NCBI GenBank assembly: GCA_003427395.1
Contig: BFEA01000033.1
Location: 4,958,355-5,022,354, forward strand
Reading direction: 5' to 3'
Length of the DNA: 64,000 bases
From: Chara braunii
Taxonomy: Eukaryota > Plantae > Charophyceae
How positions within the stretch are numbered: the first letter of the stretch is position 1; each line of letters begins with the position of its first letter. The translations under genes were made by a program, and so were the position numbers. A model generated the notes under the pieces. The model saw only the letters and a program-made list of their open reading frames with translations, was not told the origin of the DNA and ran no database searches. Shown here piece after piece: positions 37,360-52,276 of the stretch.

Positions 37360-39099
37360 GTATCCCAGACCCCATTAAGCGACGTCCCCGTCGCCTAGAG
37401 AACTATATGCAAACAAAAGATGTTTTCCGACAAGCAAATCATCAAATCCGAATCCTGGAATAAAATGTGGTTCAGGATTGACGTCGTCACCTCACTTTTC
37501 ATTATTACTGTCGGGATTTTAATCCGGGTCTCCCACATAAAATAAATTCAATGACTTGAAGTGGGGATACTTGATCCGTACTACAGTATATGAAATAGTT
37601 AAGTATGACAACACTCTTTTCCTTCCCCACACCCTTAGACTTTGGCTCAGGTCCTTCGTTGTTTGTCTTTAGGATTAGCGTCCATGTGCGAACTCAACCC
37701 CTCAGACGCAGGTCCTAACCGAGACCTTGGGTGTTCAACTCTTGATATTACTGTCCAAAGTTGTCTGTTGTCTTGCCCGAAGCCTAATACAGGAGGACAA
37801 CGGTCTCCATCATGACCCACCACAGTCCTGCTGATCAGGCCGGAGCTGCGGCCCACCGCGTTGTTGTTTATCGGTGGTTACCCTCGTTGGTTGCGCAACG
37901 ATGGGATATTCATCCTATCTTTTCAAAATTAATAGATTTCAAGACTAATCTCGACCCCTTCGACATCCACCTGAATAAATCATTTCATTGGGGTGGTCAC
38001 CCCTCTAGTTTCTTTTCGAGGTCATAGTCGAAGGGTCCGATGCCTGGTTATGCTAGGTCAGCAACCCACGCTGGGAATAACGTCCCAACGATGTCAATTT
38101 TTCACCATAGGTTTGGTAATTTATGTCCTTGGGTTAACCCTTAAGATAGATGAACGATGCTTCCTTTTATAAGATAGGCAAAGTAGATAAGATTTCAAAA
38201 CCAATTGAGTTATCGTCAGATTGTCATTCAGGGTTGTGCCCTCCAAGTCTTTGATCATAGCTCGGTGAGGCACGCACCTCGGGGTCATTTTATATATATA
38301 AACCAATATTTGAAATGAAATTAATGGTTATTAACTCTTTGCTTGTCTGAAACCAACAAAACAATCATCCCATTCAAAAAAAATGATCGCAAAACGTTTC
38401 AACTCATTGAAAAGAGTTTGTCCATGTCGTAGCATGGTTTCTCAAACACGTACATATGATCAATCCTCGCAACATCTTGGTTATACAACCTTTTACCGAC
38501 TTTCACACAAGGTACTGATCCACGCGTTCCTATACAACCATCTTTAGGCCTCAGATGAGTCATATAGTGATAGACAAAGGGACATACTGACTCACAAAAG
38601 ACTCGAACCATGGACAAGGATTCACTCACAACGTGAAAGTGTTTTTTTTGTCACCAGCTCATCCCCTTTGGATACATATATAAACATAAAGTATGTTATA
38701 ATGAGTCAGACTTGCGACTCATCTCTCTTATCCTCATACTTATCCTCAAATGTTCATGCATTTTCTTTTACTATCGTTTATTCTAAACCTTTATCCTATC
38801 AAAACTCTCAAGTAGAAGAAACTTGTCCCCTTTTCAGACTGCACTCTACTCGCCCATGTTCTCTTTTACCCAACAAACACCTCAATTTATCTAGAAGTTA
38901 ATACATCTACTTGCTTTTAATATAAGAAAGTGATGGTCAACCCCAATATCCGATCGAGCTCCACTCGGCCACCCTCGGATTATTCTGTCCAGTGATGGCC
39001 ACCAATCCTCTTCATAAGTGAAACCTAGCAATTCCCAACTCAATGTACCTTGCTAGTACCTCGCAATCATCCCTGAAGTGTCCTCCTTTTGTGCAAAAG

Positions 39100-41190
39100 A
39101 AACATTCACTTCAGGTCTTATTGCTTCTGGCCTTCTTCTTATGATGCTCAGCTAAGGTTTCTGCCTGATTTCCTGCTCATTTTGATGTCTCAATGTCAGA
39201 CAACCCCTTCCTCTTGGTTCCTTCCTGTTGAAGTAAAATCAAACATTCACTCTTCCTTTTCCTGACAAAGACCCCTTTTCTCCTTGCTCTCCTGCCTTTC
39301 CTTTGTCTCTCCTCTCCTTTGGGATGGGCCCTCACACTCCATCCTTCTCTTTTTTCACCTCTTCCTCTTCCATTGCCTTATCGTTTTTCCTCTCTGACCC
39401 TTTTTATCACCCTTTCTCACTTCAACCCCCTTTTCTTTTCATTCTCAACAAATTTTCCTATTTCTGTTTTTTTTGGCTCTTGGAGCCCCACTCACCTACT
39501 GAGGTTCCCTTTTTGACACTTTTTGCTTCCTCTTCTTGGCCATGGGTGAAAGCAGTTGTGAAGATCTCCTTGTCAAAAACTCTGTCTCCTTAAGAGAACG
39601 ACCTACTACCCTTCAGTACGACCTCTTCTCCCATGTAGACTTTGATGAATTCTCCAACTTACCTTTGAAGTTAATGATGCAACGGCTTCAGGGGTACTAT
39701 GTGACACTATGGTAATAAGCGAACTCCATTATTCTTTCACTCTTTTTTCTTTGAATTCTCACTCTTCTCTCATCCTTATACCAGAAGTGTTATAGCAACG
39801 CCCCTATCATCAACCTCTGCTCCTGTTTTCACTCAATTACCTTGGTGGGATCCATCATTTTCTTTTACTGATAACTGAACTCTGTCTAAATTTTTCATCC
39901 TCTTTTCATCTCATTCCATCTAACTTAATCTCCTCACCTTACATGTTGACCTCTCTACATATCTTCCCTACCTCATTATTCAATATATCTCTTGTACTTA
40001 TCTCCTCTAACAGAAACGTTTCTATCTTTGGTAGTTATGATCTCTTGATGACCTTATCATCTAATGACCTTGCAATTTTCTGTCACTAATACAGGTATTT
40101 TGTCCCCGTCCGCCTTTCGTACTCTTGTCGCAAGACTTCCCGTCTCGTCCCTCCAGGTATGTTTGGGTCAATGGGGTTTCTAAACCTGTCATAAACACTT
40201 CCTTCAATATTGATGCTTATTAGACCATTTGCTTCATCAGTCTTTCTGATATGGCAAAACCTCATTATGTGCCCTTCTTGGGCACAATGCCTGCAGACCG
40301 TACTCTTCCAACCCACTCTTCCTTTCCCAAGTTCTTGACCACTTTCGATTTTGATGACGTTCCAATTTCTATTATCATCTCCCTTATTGTCTTTGCTATC
40401 ACTTCCTCTACCATTGTTTTTGAGGGCCCTATTACCATGACCACCACTTCCTCGTCTACCATTGCCTCGACCTCTTCCCCAATCTCGACCTTGATCGCGG
40501 TCATGGACCATTCGAGCTCGTTATTTTGCCTTCCGCTGGGCATTGGTCAACTTCTGAGGTCTAGGTTCTTCTTCTATCTCAATCATGTTTTCACCTCTTT
40601 CTCTAGCTTGGTTATCAAACCACTTCTTCTCATCTTTCGCAGGTCGGAGAGAACCTTGATTATCATCATTCGTTTTCTCTCCACTACTACCAGCTAGCCC
40701 GTCTGACATCCGCTCTGAGACATTTTCGCTTGTCTTTTCTGTCCCTTTCTAGTTGTGTCATTCTCTCTTCCAATGCTCTCACCTGTTTCTGTATACTATC
40801 TAGTTCCCCTTGTGCTAACGCACCACCGATTATTTGATTGGGGTCTTCACAATGACGACTGTCGATTTCGTGCTCGGGAAACCTCAAGCTTAACAAACTT
40901 TCCAGTTCACTCCAAGTTCACGATCTCAACATGAAATCGTATACTTCCTCATCCAACCCCTCACATACGAACAAAGGGAACGTAGTCAACATCACTTTCT
41001 CATCCCACTTCTTCATAAGACTAAAGCTGCAGTAATCGCGCAAAAAGTTAGGCAGGTTTTTCCTTTGAAACAACAGAGCTCTAAGGTCTGAGGACATTGA
41101 CTCGTTTACAGATTCGCGTATCAATACTTTAACGAGAGAAGAATTTTTCCAAAGAAAGACCTTATCCAAACCACCATCTCCAGCCATGGT
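39100..41190 (-). pseudogene. gag: gag remnant
   Basis: CCHC knuckle CRHCAQEGHIMRFC (~40250-40300) and coiled coil IQKQVRALEERMTQLERDRK, with many frameshifts. Limits approximate. Confidence 0.65.
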
Positions 41191-44100
41191 CCCCGCTGTT
41201 ATCCTATACAAATACAGCAAGCGACGAAGCGTCAGGCCGTAAACCGAAGATGATGTTCAATAAGCTCCTCTATTCCCCCCTTAACAAGTCCAAAATGATA
41301 CAAGGGCATAAGCTTTAGACATCCATTTGACGGGGCAATTATCCTTTGCACTGACCTTAAAGGCGTGAATAGCGCAAACAGATGTATGAAAAGACACTTA
41401 AATAAAACCATAAGCCGCTAATCACGAATTAGAGGAAGGAATAACGTTCATCTGCTTGCATGCCTCCATTCGGAGTTCATCGAGTATTCAAACCTTTCGT
41501 CTAGATTGTGGGAATCAATGTAGGTGCTAACAGTGTAAGTCGTGCTTTGAAGTTCTTGGTTGAGGAGTACGGATCTCATCTCTAGGTACAGACCTTATAT
41601 TGCCTCGCTTGTATAATGTTTGTGTCCCCATTCTCGTACTACCAAAGCGGTCTCCGCGGCTGCCTTTATTTTCTCTCGTCCTCCGAAATTCTCCTCCCCA
41701 AGAAACTTGGGTAGGACGGCTCGCAACGGCGCTGAGGGGAGCACAAACTGCTCAACATCTCTAACTTCTATAACAATGGATACTGACTCCCCTCTTTTCC
41801 GGCATATTCTTCTTGTCCACTTTGCGGCAGCTATCCCAGCTAGCCTTAAGGGTCTCGTGAGCAGACTCCCACGTTCCAGTGTCAGCTTAATACCAAGTGT
41901 ACCCTAAGAGGATGATGAGATGTATACGGTTACTTTCACAATTGCACTGTCTCCAAATCGTCGAAGCCAGATTCAATCCAAATAAAGATATCCCTATTTA
42001 AAGATGTACCCCACCAGGAAGTGATATACTCATTCTCTCTGCCTCGTCTTAGCAAGGACATCTCTAGTCCACCCTTCTTTTCAATAGGCAAGACTATATT
42101 AGGGTTTTCCCTAGCATACGACATTTTGACCTTCTTTAGCTACCCCTAGGTCCTGTCCACACAGACAAACGTCCATCAAACACCTCCCATCACTTCACAG
42201 AGTCTCTCTTTCTTACAATATTATTCTCGAAAGGTAATATTCAAATCATACCTTACTACCCTTTGCTAATTTTCAACGCCTAAGACCATTCAAAAGCAGG
42301 TCATAATAGTATATTGCGATAGCAATGCATTTGCAATTTCTGAAGGTCATAAATTATTATAATGATTGTTACTCATAGCGGGGACATACTGCCATAGTAA
42401 TCACAATAGTTAATAATTATAATACTTGAGTATGTAAATAGTTTTAGCAAGTGAAGAGACAAACCTAATAAGCATATGCATGCATTGGTGATGATGAAAA
42501 ACTTATGGTATCTGTTACGATCATAGATAACAGTCATACTGTAGTCAATAAAAATTTTAAATGATAAATGTTTTTGGATGCAAAAATAATGAGAGTACTA
42601 CATTTTACTCCCTGGGCTTTGACAGTAGTATATTGTGTAAAGGGGCAGTGTAATCCCTTAAAGGGATAACATCTTAGACTCCCGAGCCCCGCTCAAGAAC
42701 CAAGCCTCACTGCTTCACCCTCCGATTCCAGTATCCGTTTCTTACAAACTCTTGTGAATTAGTAGACAACCTCACCGTACACGTTCCAGGATGACATATC
42801 ATTTCTCGTTATGATGAACCCACTTGACACAAAGATAGTTGGGGAATTACCCCCTACCTCCTTGCGGCATGCAGTAGTTGCCTTCATCATAGACCATAGT
42901 CTAACAAGGTTCAAACACTTTCTTCCTTCTCAGTAGTAATATAGTCACCATTCCTCAAAGGGTCAGGTGACAACACCCCACTATGGACCAGGAACATAGT
43001 TCCGGCGCGGGTCTCACTACCACCTTAGAAGACGGATTTATAGCTTCTTCAAGCCATCTGTCGAGGAAAGGATAACTTAGGATGGTAACTTCCCCAATGG
43101 TAGATTCTACACATTGATCACCTCTCGAAAAAATCTCTTCTCTCAGGGAGTTGGTCACTTCATTCACCCCCGTCCCCTCGTCGGACGTGGATTCTGCATA
43201 GCCTCTCTATCCTTTATAAGGAGAGCAATCCAGATGTATGGACTCAAGTGAAATAAACATAGATGAATAGCGAAATTTGATTCGCTCAGACGGATGAATT
43301 TAAGTGCACAGTCTGGAATAAATAAACTCAGATGGATAACTCGAGCAATTAATCATGAATAAAATGCACCAGATAGATAGTTTCACGTGAATAGGTTTAA
43401 AACAGACTGACATGAATGGATATTTTTTTTTTTTTTAAATGGATCACCTCAAATGAATGGCCTTAAGAGAATGGATTTAAGCGCTTAGATTCAACTGGGT
43501 ATATTCAAGTAGATGGTCCAGGGTGCATGAGTTTAAGCAACTACCCTCATGCCTGAATATAGTCACAAAGTTTAACATTAACAAGATGGTTTGACACCTA
43601 CTTCCTCACTGCCTCACTGACTACACTTAAGATTATGTGCCCCTTCTTGCAAGCAACTACAGTTGGCATAATAAGTTGTTCTATCCATTTTGTTCGCCCC
43701 CATTTTTGTGGACTTGCCAGACTTCTGACTAAACAGGCCAACACCCGTAAACTTTGCTCGCGAGTACACTCCTTAGACTAACAAAAAGTCTAAATGAGTC
43801 AACTCACGTGCACGAGTCACGTACTCAATCCACCTCTATTGTTCAGCTATCCCCATCTCACTCGTCTTACACTTCAAGTTTCTAGTTTGATACATATTTA
43901 AATTAGCACATTATCACCTTCTTCAACTTCTATCTCCTAGTTAAATCACTGGACTCTACTTATTGACAATAAGTTTCATATGCAACTTCCACCTACCCTC
44001 CGAGTCATCTTCTAAAGTCACTCCCGTAGAGATCCTGACATCTTTCTCACTTCACCTACCTATCCTTAACTCCTTCACAATCCTTAAATCTCTTAAAGGC

Positions 44101-44616
44101 TCGTTCAATGCTTCATACAATTTTCTTGTATATTAAGTAGGAGATCAACCCGCAAATCTCTAGTTAACATAACAAGAACATCACAAGGGAGAGGCACAAT
44201 CTCTGGTCGGATGATGTAGATTGAGAGATGGCAGGAAGGTCAGGAATGTGACGCATTGGCAGGGACCTTAGTTGGCCGAATCGAGGAAGGACGGTCAATT
44301 GCCGTTTTCAAGCAAATGAAGAAGGCGGTGAATAAGGTCCGAAGCGAGGACGGCTAGGTGGCTCGATACGTGGAGGAGATGCGTCATAACGTCTTTCATA
44401 CTTGTACGAACAATAAGCCATCTTTTTTCGAGAACGGGGTACGCTAGCGCCACTAGTCATGAAGCCTACACGCCTTTACCCCTTCTTCCTTCTCTTTTTG
44501 CCTGCGTCTTCCTCTCTTCAATCTTCCCATTTAAGTAGATTAGAGTTGTCGTTTTGCCTAGATCATCGACTTACCATACCCGAGTTCGTTCACTGAGGAC
44601 CTCGACTAGAGAGCGA

Positions 44617-44636
44617 GATCCCCGGCAACGGCGCCA
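44617..44636 (-). promoter_or_regulatory. Primer-binding site, tRNA-Asp
   Basis: Minus strand TGGCGCCGTTGCCGGGGATC, 2 nt from the LTR. Complementary to the 3' end of plant tRNA-Asp(GTC). Confidence 0.9.
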
Positions 44637-44638
44637 CC

Positions 44639-46202
44639 TGTCGCGCACGGCGGTCCCACACCCAGATGCAAAGTAAATTTTTGTGTCGGACCTCACGGTC
44701 GTGTCACGCAGGAGTCTTTTTGTCACTTCAATGATAACACCACTCTCACCGTGCGCTCGTGCTATACCTCTCGCGACTCCTTCCTCATCCTCTACGCGTG
44801 TCTTCTTCGCTACCCTCTACGCGCTTTCCCTTTTCCTATTCCCGGTATCCCCCTCTCACTTTCTGTTTCACTCTTCGTACTTGCGCTGCTACACACGCGT
44901 TGCTCCTTCCGACGAGTGCTTTGCCCGAGTACGCGGATCAGACTTTCAGACGCCGTCCTCGAAGTGCAAAATTTTGTGAAAATGAATCTGCATNNNNNNN
45001 NNNNNNNNNNNNNNNNNNNNNNNNNNNNNNNNNNNNNNNNNNNNNNNNNNNNNNNNNNNNNNNNNNNNNNNNNNNNNNNNNNNNNNNNNNNNNNNNNNNN
45101 NNNNNNNNNNNNNNNNNNNNNNNNNNNNNNNNNNNNNNNNNNNNNNNNNNNNNNNNNNNNNNNNNNNNNNNNNNNNNNNNNNNNNNNNNNNNNNNNNNNN
45201 NNNNNNNNNNNNNNNNNNNNNNNNNNNNNNNNNNNNNNNNNNNNNNNNNNNNNNNNNNNNNNNNNNNNNNNNNNNNNNNNNNNNNNNNNNNNNNNNNNNN
45301 NNNNNNNNNNNNNNNNNNNNNNNNNNNNNNNNNNNNNNNNNNNNNNNNNNNNNNNNNNNNNNNNNNNNNNNNNNNNNNNNNNNNNNNNNNNNNNNNNNNN
45401 NNNNNNNNNNNNNNNNNNNNNNNNNNNNNNNNNNNNNNNNNNNNNNNNNNNNNNNNNNNNNNNNNNNNNNNNNNNNNNNNNNNNNNNNNNNNNNNNNNNN
45501 NNNNNNNNNNNNNNNNNNNNNNNNNNNNNNNNNNNNNNNNNNNNNNNNNNNNNNNNNNNNNNNNNNNNNNNNNNNNNNNNNNNNNNNNNNNNNNNNNNNN
45601 NNNNNNNNNNNNNNNNNNNNNNNNNNNNNNNNNNNNNNNNNNNNNNNNNNNNNNNNNNNNNNNNNNNNNNNNNNNNNNNNNNNNNNNNNNNNNNNNNNNN
45701 NNNNNNNNNNNNNNNNNNNNNNNNNNNNNNNNNNNNNNNNNNNNNNNNNNNNNNNNNNNNNNNNNNNNNNNNNNNNNNNNNNNNNNNNNNNNNNNNNNNN
45801 NNNNNNNNNNNNNNNNNNNNNNNNNNNNNNNNNNNNNNNNNNNNNNNNNNNNNNNNNNNNNNNNNNNNNNNNNNNNNNAGCATCCCAAGTCTCAGCGTGC
45901 GTCGAAGACGTACCTGACGCAACACTAACCTAATCAACCCCTCGGCCTCTTCGGTCGACGGGGCATTACTACCAATTGTAACCATCACAACGCGTGTCAT
46001 AACAACGTGCGCACATACTTTCGAAATTTTATCACCAATTCGCCATGGCCTTAACGGCCGAGGAAATTGTTTCAAGTGCCACGCCAAAGCGTGCACACCC
46101 TTTTTTTTATCTCAGACTGGCTCCGTCATGGTAGCCGACACCGTCACCGTGTCAAATGCAAAAGCATGGCCAAATACCCTTGTAAGGGTATTTGGTCCGA
46201 CA
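44639..46202 (-). repeat. 5' LTR (gapped)
   Basis: Adjacent to the PBS. TG...CA ends. Confidence 0.9.
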
Positions 46203-46206
46203 GCGC

Positions 46207-46870
46207 CCAGACACTTGTTGTCCTATGCTTGATAAATGGATCGCCCACCTGGCGGAGATTATGAAGCGTGCACACGAGAGTCTGGCCGACTCCCAGACTC
46301 GCATGACCACACGAGCGAACTGATCATGAATGGATCATCCGTTCAAAGTCGGTGACGATGTGCTCGTCGATGCACGCCACTTACGACTCAAAGCAGATAC
46401 GTTTCGCAAGTTCAGGCATCGCTTCTTCGGTCCATACCGCATCCTTCAGGCCGTCGGTTATGACACTGCGGTTACCTGATTGCCTTTGACAGGCTCGTGT
46501 ATACCATGTTTACCACGTCTCATTGTTGGGCCCTTATCGAAGACCGTCCGAGCGTGTCGCCGGACGTCCTTATGCGAGTCCTCCACCTATCATGGTGGAC
46601 GGCCACGAGGAGTTCGTCATTTTCGACATCGTATCTCGTCGAGTTACCGACGATACCCCTCCACATATCGAGTACCTTGTGCGTTGGAAGAGCTATCCTG
46701 ATGAGGAGGCTATTTGGGAGCCCTTCGAGCACCTTGAGCACACCCGGATGTTAGTTCATGCATATGACTGTGCTTGTTGTGCTGAGACATCTGCTCCTAC
46801 TCAGCCAACTGACCCTCTTCCTCCTCCTCCGGCTGAGGAGATTGCTGAGGACGGACCCGCTCCCTCTTAG
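46207..46870 (+). pseudogene. pol: Chromovirus integrase C-terminus: GPY/F motif and chromodomain
   Basis: RFFGPYRILQAVG; EEFVIFDIVSRRV...EYLVRWKSYPDEEAIWEPFEHL. Confidence 0.9.
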
Positions 46871-48192
46871 GCCGTTCTTCAGAAGCAAACCGATGTCTCC
46901 GCGCGTCCACAACGCGTTTGTCGACGCCCTCGGCGTCTCGACGACTGACACTCTGATCACCTACCTTTTCCTTACTGACTCACACCTTCCGGTACTCCAT
47001 CATCAGCTTATTCAGGATGTCAACGTTTTGCGACTCTGCTTCGACATCGACTTGACTCCTACTTCATCGACGTTTTCGACCACTTCGACGACTTCAGCTA
47101 CCTTCTCGACTTCAACCATCTTATCGGTTTCAGCCACTTTGGACGTGACTACTTCACGCCACCACCCTACCCTGTATATTCCCTTGCATGTGTCGCATGA
47201 TAGTTCTCACTTAGCTCGGTCTCTCTTAGTTGGGCTCTCCTTTGGTATCGCATAGGCATTGGGACCGTAGCGTTATCTTGACTTTCCTGCTCCCAGATCT
47301 AGCTCCCTCCCCCAGTCAGTGAGTTGTGTGCATGTTTCCCTCACCCACTGCATCCCTCATCACCCTAGTGTCGGTCATTGCATGCCTTCAATGGTCTATC
47401 TGTTAGGGTCATTGGTTTTGCATCGCTACCACTCCCTCACCTTGAGTCTGATGACCTACCCCACCTCATGTGTGACTGCCCTTAGGAGTTTCGATTCTTA
47501 GGCTGCATTCACCCCCTCTGAGGTCATCCCACTCTCAGTGTTTCAATGACATGACATTACTTGTGACATATTGCTCTCTTTCCTTTCATCAATGAGGCCA
47601 TTGCCTCCAGGACTTTAGGATTGTATATTGCTACATTTCATTTTCTGTTGTTAGCCAGGATGTGTATACCAGACATTTGTTTTTCATTTGCCATTATGTA
47701 GGTTAGGCTGTATTGCATAGATTCCGCATCCTAGATTTCTCGGCTTTCTTTATTACAGAGTTTCGTTGCTTTTGCGAATAGCGTGTTTTTGGCTCTTGTG
47801 ATCTACTACAGGTCTGAGGATCGTGCAATGGGCCTCTATCTGCCCTGGCGTACAGCCAGGGCCTACTGGGTTATTTGTTTGTTCGCCCTGTGGGACCAGA
47901 CCGTGGCCTGACCTCACAGGCCGTGTGCTGTTCCAGTCCAGTCCTGCCCGGTACCACTGTCGGTACCAGTCCAGTTCAGTCTAGTCCAGTCCAGTCTAGT
48001 CCAGTCAGGCCGCTGGGGGTATACCCTAGTTATTGTTTGTTTTCCATCATTCATCATACTGCGCATTTGGAGTACACACGTGTTGAGTCCGCGTTGGAGC
48101 TGCGTTGTCCCTTCCAGCTCCATCTCCATCTCCTCCCCCTTCAACCCTTCGTCTTGATCCTAACGGACCGCCATCCCGGCGAGTCCGTCACA
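46871..48192 (+). mobile_element. Chromovirus 3' region and probable 3' LTR
   Basis: Ends in CCGTCACA. (CCAGT/CTAGT)n at ~47932-48006. LTR start is undefined because the partner LTR is absent. Confidence 0.45.
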
Positions 48193-49168
48193 CAGGTAGA
48201 CCTACATAACCACCTAAGTTGATTGCCTTTATGAAGGCGCAAGGTTAGTGATAGTAACCGCTAGGCCCATGTGTGTTGCCAAGATTATTGGAAGCAGATC
48301 GTAAATCATAAATAGTGTTTTGTTTCTCGTCATTCGTCCAGCATACAACCTCTTGTTGTCTCAGACTTGGATGGTAGTACTACCAACTATGTTTCCCACC
48401 AGTACATGTAGGCAAGCAAGTTGCTTTTTCCCCTACCCCCACCCTCTGAAACTTGGTGGCATGAGGTGTGATTTCCTGCTCATCAACATCAACGTCCTTT
48501 GCCATGGAGTACTTCAACTTGTACTGATACTGGACCCAGGATTTCAGAGGTGGTGGAGGTTCATATGATACCAGTGGTGGTTGCTAAGTTCAGGAGTCTA
48601 GGTTAACCAACTCCAGAACAACGTTGGTCGGATCTGAGGATTTGTCGAGGGTGAAAGGCAATCCAATGGTCAACCATGAACTGTTGTCAGGTCAACAATG
48701 GTCGGAGCCAGGGTAGGTCACACAACCCTGTAGCCTAGCATGTTGGGGGTGTGAGGCCGGATGTAGGCCTGGGTGTATGAACAGGACACCTACCACTGGT
48801 GTCAGATACTCGATATTATCATTGGGAATGTAGGGTATGGTAGAAGTAAGGTTTGAGTGGTTCATGAGTTTTCTCATCATCTTCTCTATCGAAGTTGGGA
48901 ATCAGCCTCAGTATCTTCAAAAGTACGATCATAGGTTTATTTAAACCATATGTAATCTTAGTAGGGACGTTAGGCACCGTTCCCAACACGTTCTGCTTCG
49001 CATGAATACCTCGAAGTTAAATTTAAAAAAAAAAAAAATTCAGTTCGCTGGTCAAATTTGAACATTGTTACATCAACCATTCCGTTGTTAGCAGGCATCT
49101 ACATTATAGTATCCGTCAAGGGAAACTCTGTTAAACATTGGCATAAGGTGAGCATATTGAGGCAGGAC

Positions 49169-50649
49169 TGTGACGAACCATTTTCTGTAATCGCGCGACT
49201 TTCTGGGCAAGGCTGCCAGGGGAAATCAGACGGGTCGGATGGGTGAGTTGTGGGAAGATGGGTCGTGCGGCAAATTGCATGGACGTCCTCGTTTCTTTTC
49301 GTTTTCTGCTGGAAGTTGTCAAATTGGTGTCGGGAAAATCCCGTGCCAACGGTTGGGTGGCCACGCCATGACGAGCGCGGGAAATAACTATACCATAACT
49401 TCTTTCTTGTTCTGATGTGAGCGCTGGGAATTTTGGCAAGATCATCGCGCGGGAATATCGTTTTTGAATTTTCAACTGATATCGATCCCCCACGAGCTAT
49501 GAATCCCCCTCAGTGGCGGCCATCCGCGGACAAGTCCGCGGAAAAAAAAAAAAAAAAACTTCTGAAAAAACAATATGTTATGCAGAAAAATATACTGAAC
49601 AACGTTTGCCTTGTGGTCATATCCAAAAACGTTAATGAATTTAAAATAAAAACTCACATACTTTTCATGTTTTTTTTTTGAAAAAAAAAAAAACAAACAG
49701 CTTTTGCCTTAGGAAAATTAGTTTTTGAATTTTTAAAATTCGAAGACAAAGTCAAAAAACAAAATAAAAAATTGCACAATTTAGATCTCGAAAAGATCTA
49801 CAACCCTATATTTTTGGTTTTGTTTTCTGATAAATTTTGAAGGTCACAAACAATTCCTGAAGGTGGCGGCCGCACCCAACCGCGGCCGTGATCACGTCCA
49901 CCCTCCGAGCTTTACGCGTCCGCGGGTGTTTCATAACCCATGAGCTCACGGAATTGTTTTTCTTTTCTACTTTTCTCGGAATTTTTTTTTGCAATTAGGA
50001 CTTAGGCTAGGAGTTTAGGTACTCTAAATTTTGTTGCGCCTCGCTTGCGACCATCTTGCTGCGCCGGGAACTGGGCTCTGACTGGATCGCGCCCTTAATC
50101 TTGTGCAACTGTCGTTTTTTGCGGGCGTGATTGTAACTGTATCTTTCTTCTTTCTTGGTTTCTTCGTGTTTGCCCGCCTTCTTCTTCTTCCTCGCCGTGC
50201 ACACTCTATTTTAATTGCCCGGAGCGCCTGCATGACCGGATGGATGCGTGGAGTGTGGCTACGACCCCCACACCGCGACCTGGCCATGCAGACGTAGGTA
50301 CTTCCTCTCTTCTCCTCTTGTCCACCTGGGCTTAATCCCGTACCTATCTCGCAGGCATGCATGCCATAAATTCTGCAAGCGCGATTACTTTGCTCTCTAA
50401 GAATTTTGAGGTTAGTGCGATCAGTGAGGGTCGGCTAACGAGCAAGTTTGGAAGCTGAGTGAGTGTGAGAGTTGGGCGATCCGACGAGCTGGTGTCGGGT
50501 GTGCGAGGTTGACGTGCGGGGCCACGACGGACTGTGGCGCACGGGCGAACCTGGCTTGCATGCTCGAACCAAGCGGNNNNNNNNNNNNNNNNNNNNNNNN
50601 NNNNNNGTGTTGATGCGAGGCGACGAACTGCCTGCATCGGGAGAGAGAG

Positions 50650-50702
<53 letters not shown>

Positions 50703-52160
50703 AGTTGTGTGGGTGTGGGATAAGGTTCTTTTCGTTGTTCCTTCCTTTCCCTCTGTTCATCTGTATAATTTTGGATCCGGATATGGTTGATTTTATTGCG
50801 GCCTTCTTTTTGGGCTTCTTTTGTGACTCGTCTCGGATTTTCCTTGTCGTTCGTATTTTGTATGAATGCATGGAATGAATGTGAATTCCCTTTTAATTAG
50901 CGATCTTTGCGGATTCCNAATCTTGTTTTGCGATGCCCCGTTTCGTCTCTGTCTACTTCTCGCTTGCGTAAGCTATACGCTCAGATATGATTGAAAGGAC
51001 TCGATTATGGATGTTTTGGTTTAGTCGTTAAAACGTTCGATCGACAAGAGTGCTATAAGAAGTTGATGATCCTTTCTCTTCTTTCCTCCTTTTTGTCACA
51101 TGTATGAGATGAAATGATTGGATCTCACCCGACGCCGCAGGGATAGGATATTTGCATGCATGTTGAATGCGATCGCCACGCTGAACCAACCTGTTGTTTC
51201 TCACGTGCACGCTCGCGTACGACTGCGATCTCGAGGAAATCGAGTCGCCGTGTACGCGTTTGTCTGCCTGAGTCAGCCTTGGAAGTCCATATAAGGATGC
51301 AAGGGACCGAGCTTTGTAAACAAATATGGCTGCGGAATTTCCCTCTTGGATGTCCGATCGTGAGAGTCTAAGGGACCCGGAATACCGGAAATACTGGGAA
51401 GGTGAATAACTCAGACGGTGGGGAACTTAAGAAATTTGGAATTTCCCTGCCTGACAGAAAGCGATCGATTGTGTGCGAGGGATTTTCGATGTGCCATAAC
51501 TAACGATCCCAGGGGCCGTGATTACCCGGATACTTATAGCACGCAGTATTTCATATCTCCCGGTTTCGTCGATGTTACTACCGGTTTCCCTCCCTTCCAT
51601 CTCCTCCTTCCATATCACCAACTCATGGTGATGCCGTGGAATTCCATAGCCCGCTATTGGCCCCACATACCGTGCGAAAAGTGTCGGCGGCACCAGGCCT
51701 ATCGAGCCTCAGAATTCGCTCGGTGAACCCCCACCGAAGTCGAGCGGCGCTGACAACTAGTCGAATCGCGCAACCAGCCACGAAGGTGAAACCGGAGGAG
51801 ATGGTGGTTCCCATTTCTTTTAGGCTTGAGAATTGCGTTCATTGGCAGGGGCAATGTTGTGGGGATTTTGCTCAAGAATGCCCGAGTGTTTAGATCTGTT
51901 GGTATTGTGATCGGGGAAAAGTGTCCGGGATCTTTAGCCTGAGATGCACTGCGCATGCCATCTTTCTTATGCTACATGACATCAGCAGCTTCTCTTATGT
52001 GCACACCCTCTTTGCGCTTATACCCTCGAAACTTGCCACATAAGATCTCAGTTCCGACCTGGGACTCCACCCCCACTTTCCTAACATCCTTGGCACACCC
52101 CTTTTCGCACTTTCGGGTCCCCATCCCACTCCGATCAGGAAGTCGCGCTGGGCATGAGGT
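49169..52160 (+). repeat. 5' LTR (~3 kb, contains (GA)n)
   Basis: Matches 60543-62886. Confidence 0.9.
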
Positions 52161-52173
52161 TGGTATCGGAGCC
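52161..52173 (+). promoter_or_regulatory. Primer-binding site, initiator tRNA-Met
   Basis: TGGTATCGGAGCC versus canonical TGGTATCAGAGCC. Confidence 0.85.
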
Positions 52174-52276
52174 GACACGTGGCAGGCTTCTGGATTAATA
52201 CAAAGGGTAACCCGTGTAGAGCGATCTGGCGAACAGAGGACGACCAAGACAGCGGAAAGCGTCGTGACGCGATCCC

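Larger units (their letters stand above)
35816..46202 (-). mobile_element. Nested tRNA-Asp-primed LTR retrotransposon (Athila-type PBS), decayed and apparently pol-less
   Basis: Two ~1.55-kb LTRs TGTCG...CGACA. 4-bp TSD ACGC/GCGC. The host integrase sequence resumes after 46206. Confidence 0.9.

Noticed and set aside
37400-39100. pol of the tRNA-Asp-primed element
   Set aside because: No RT, RNase H or integrase motifs recognised, and the region is too short and decayed.
33261-46096. Long ORFs (280-460 aa) in the ORF track
   Set aside because: They are artefacts of translating N-gaps.
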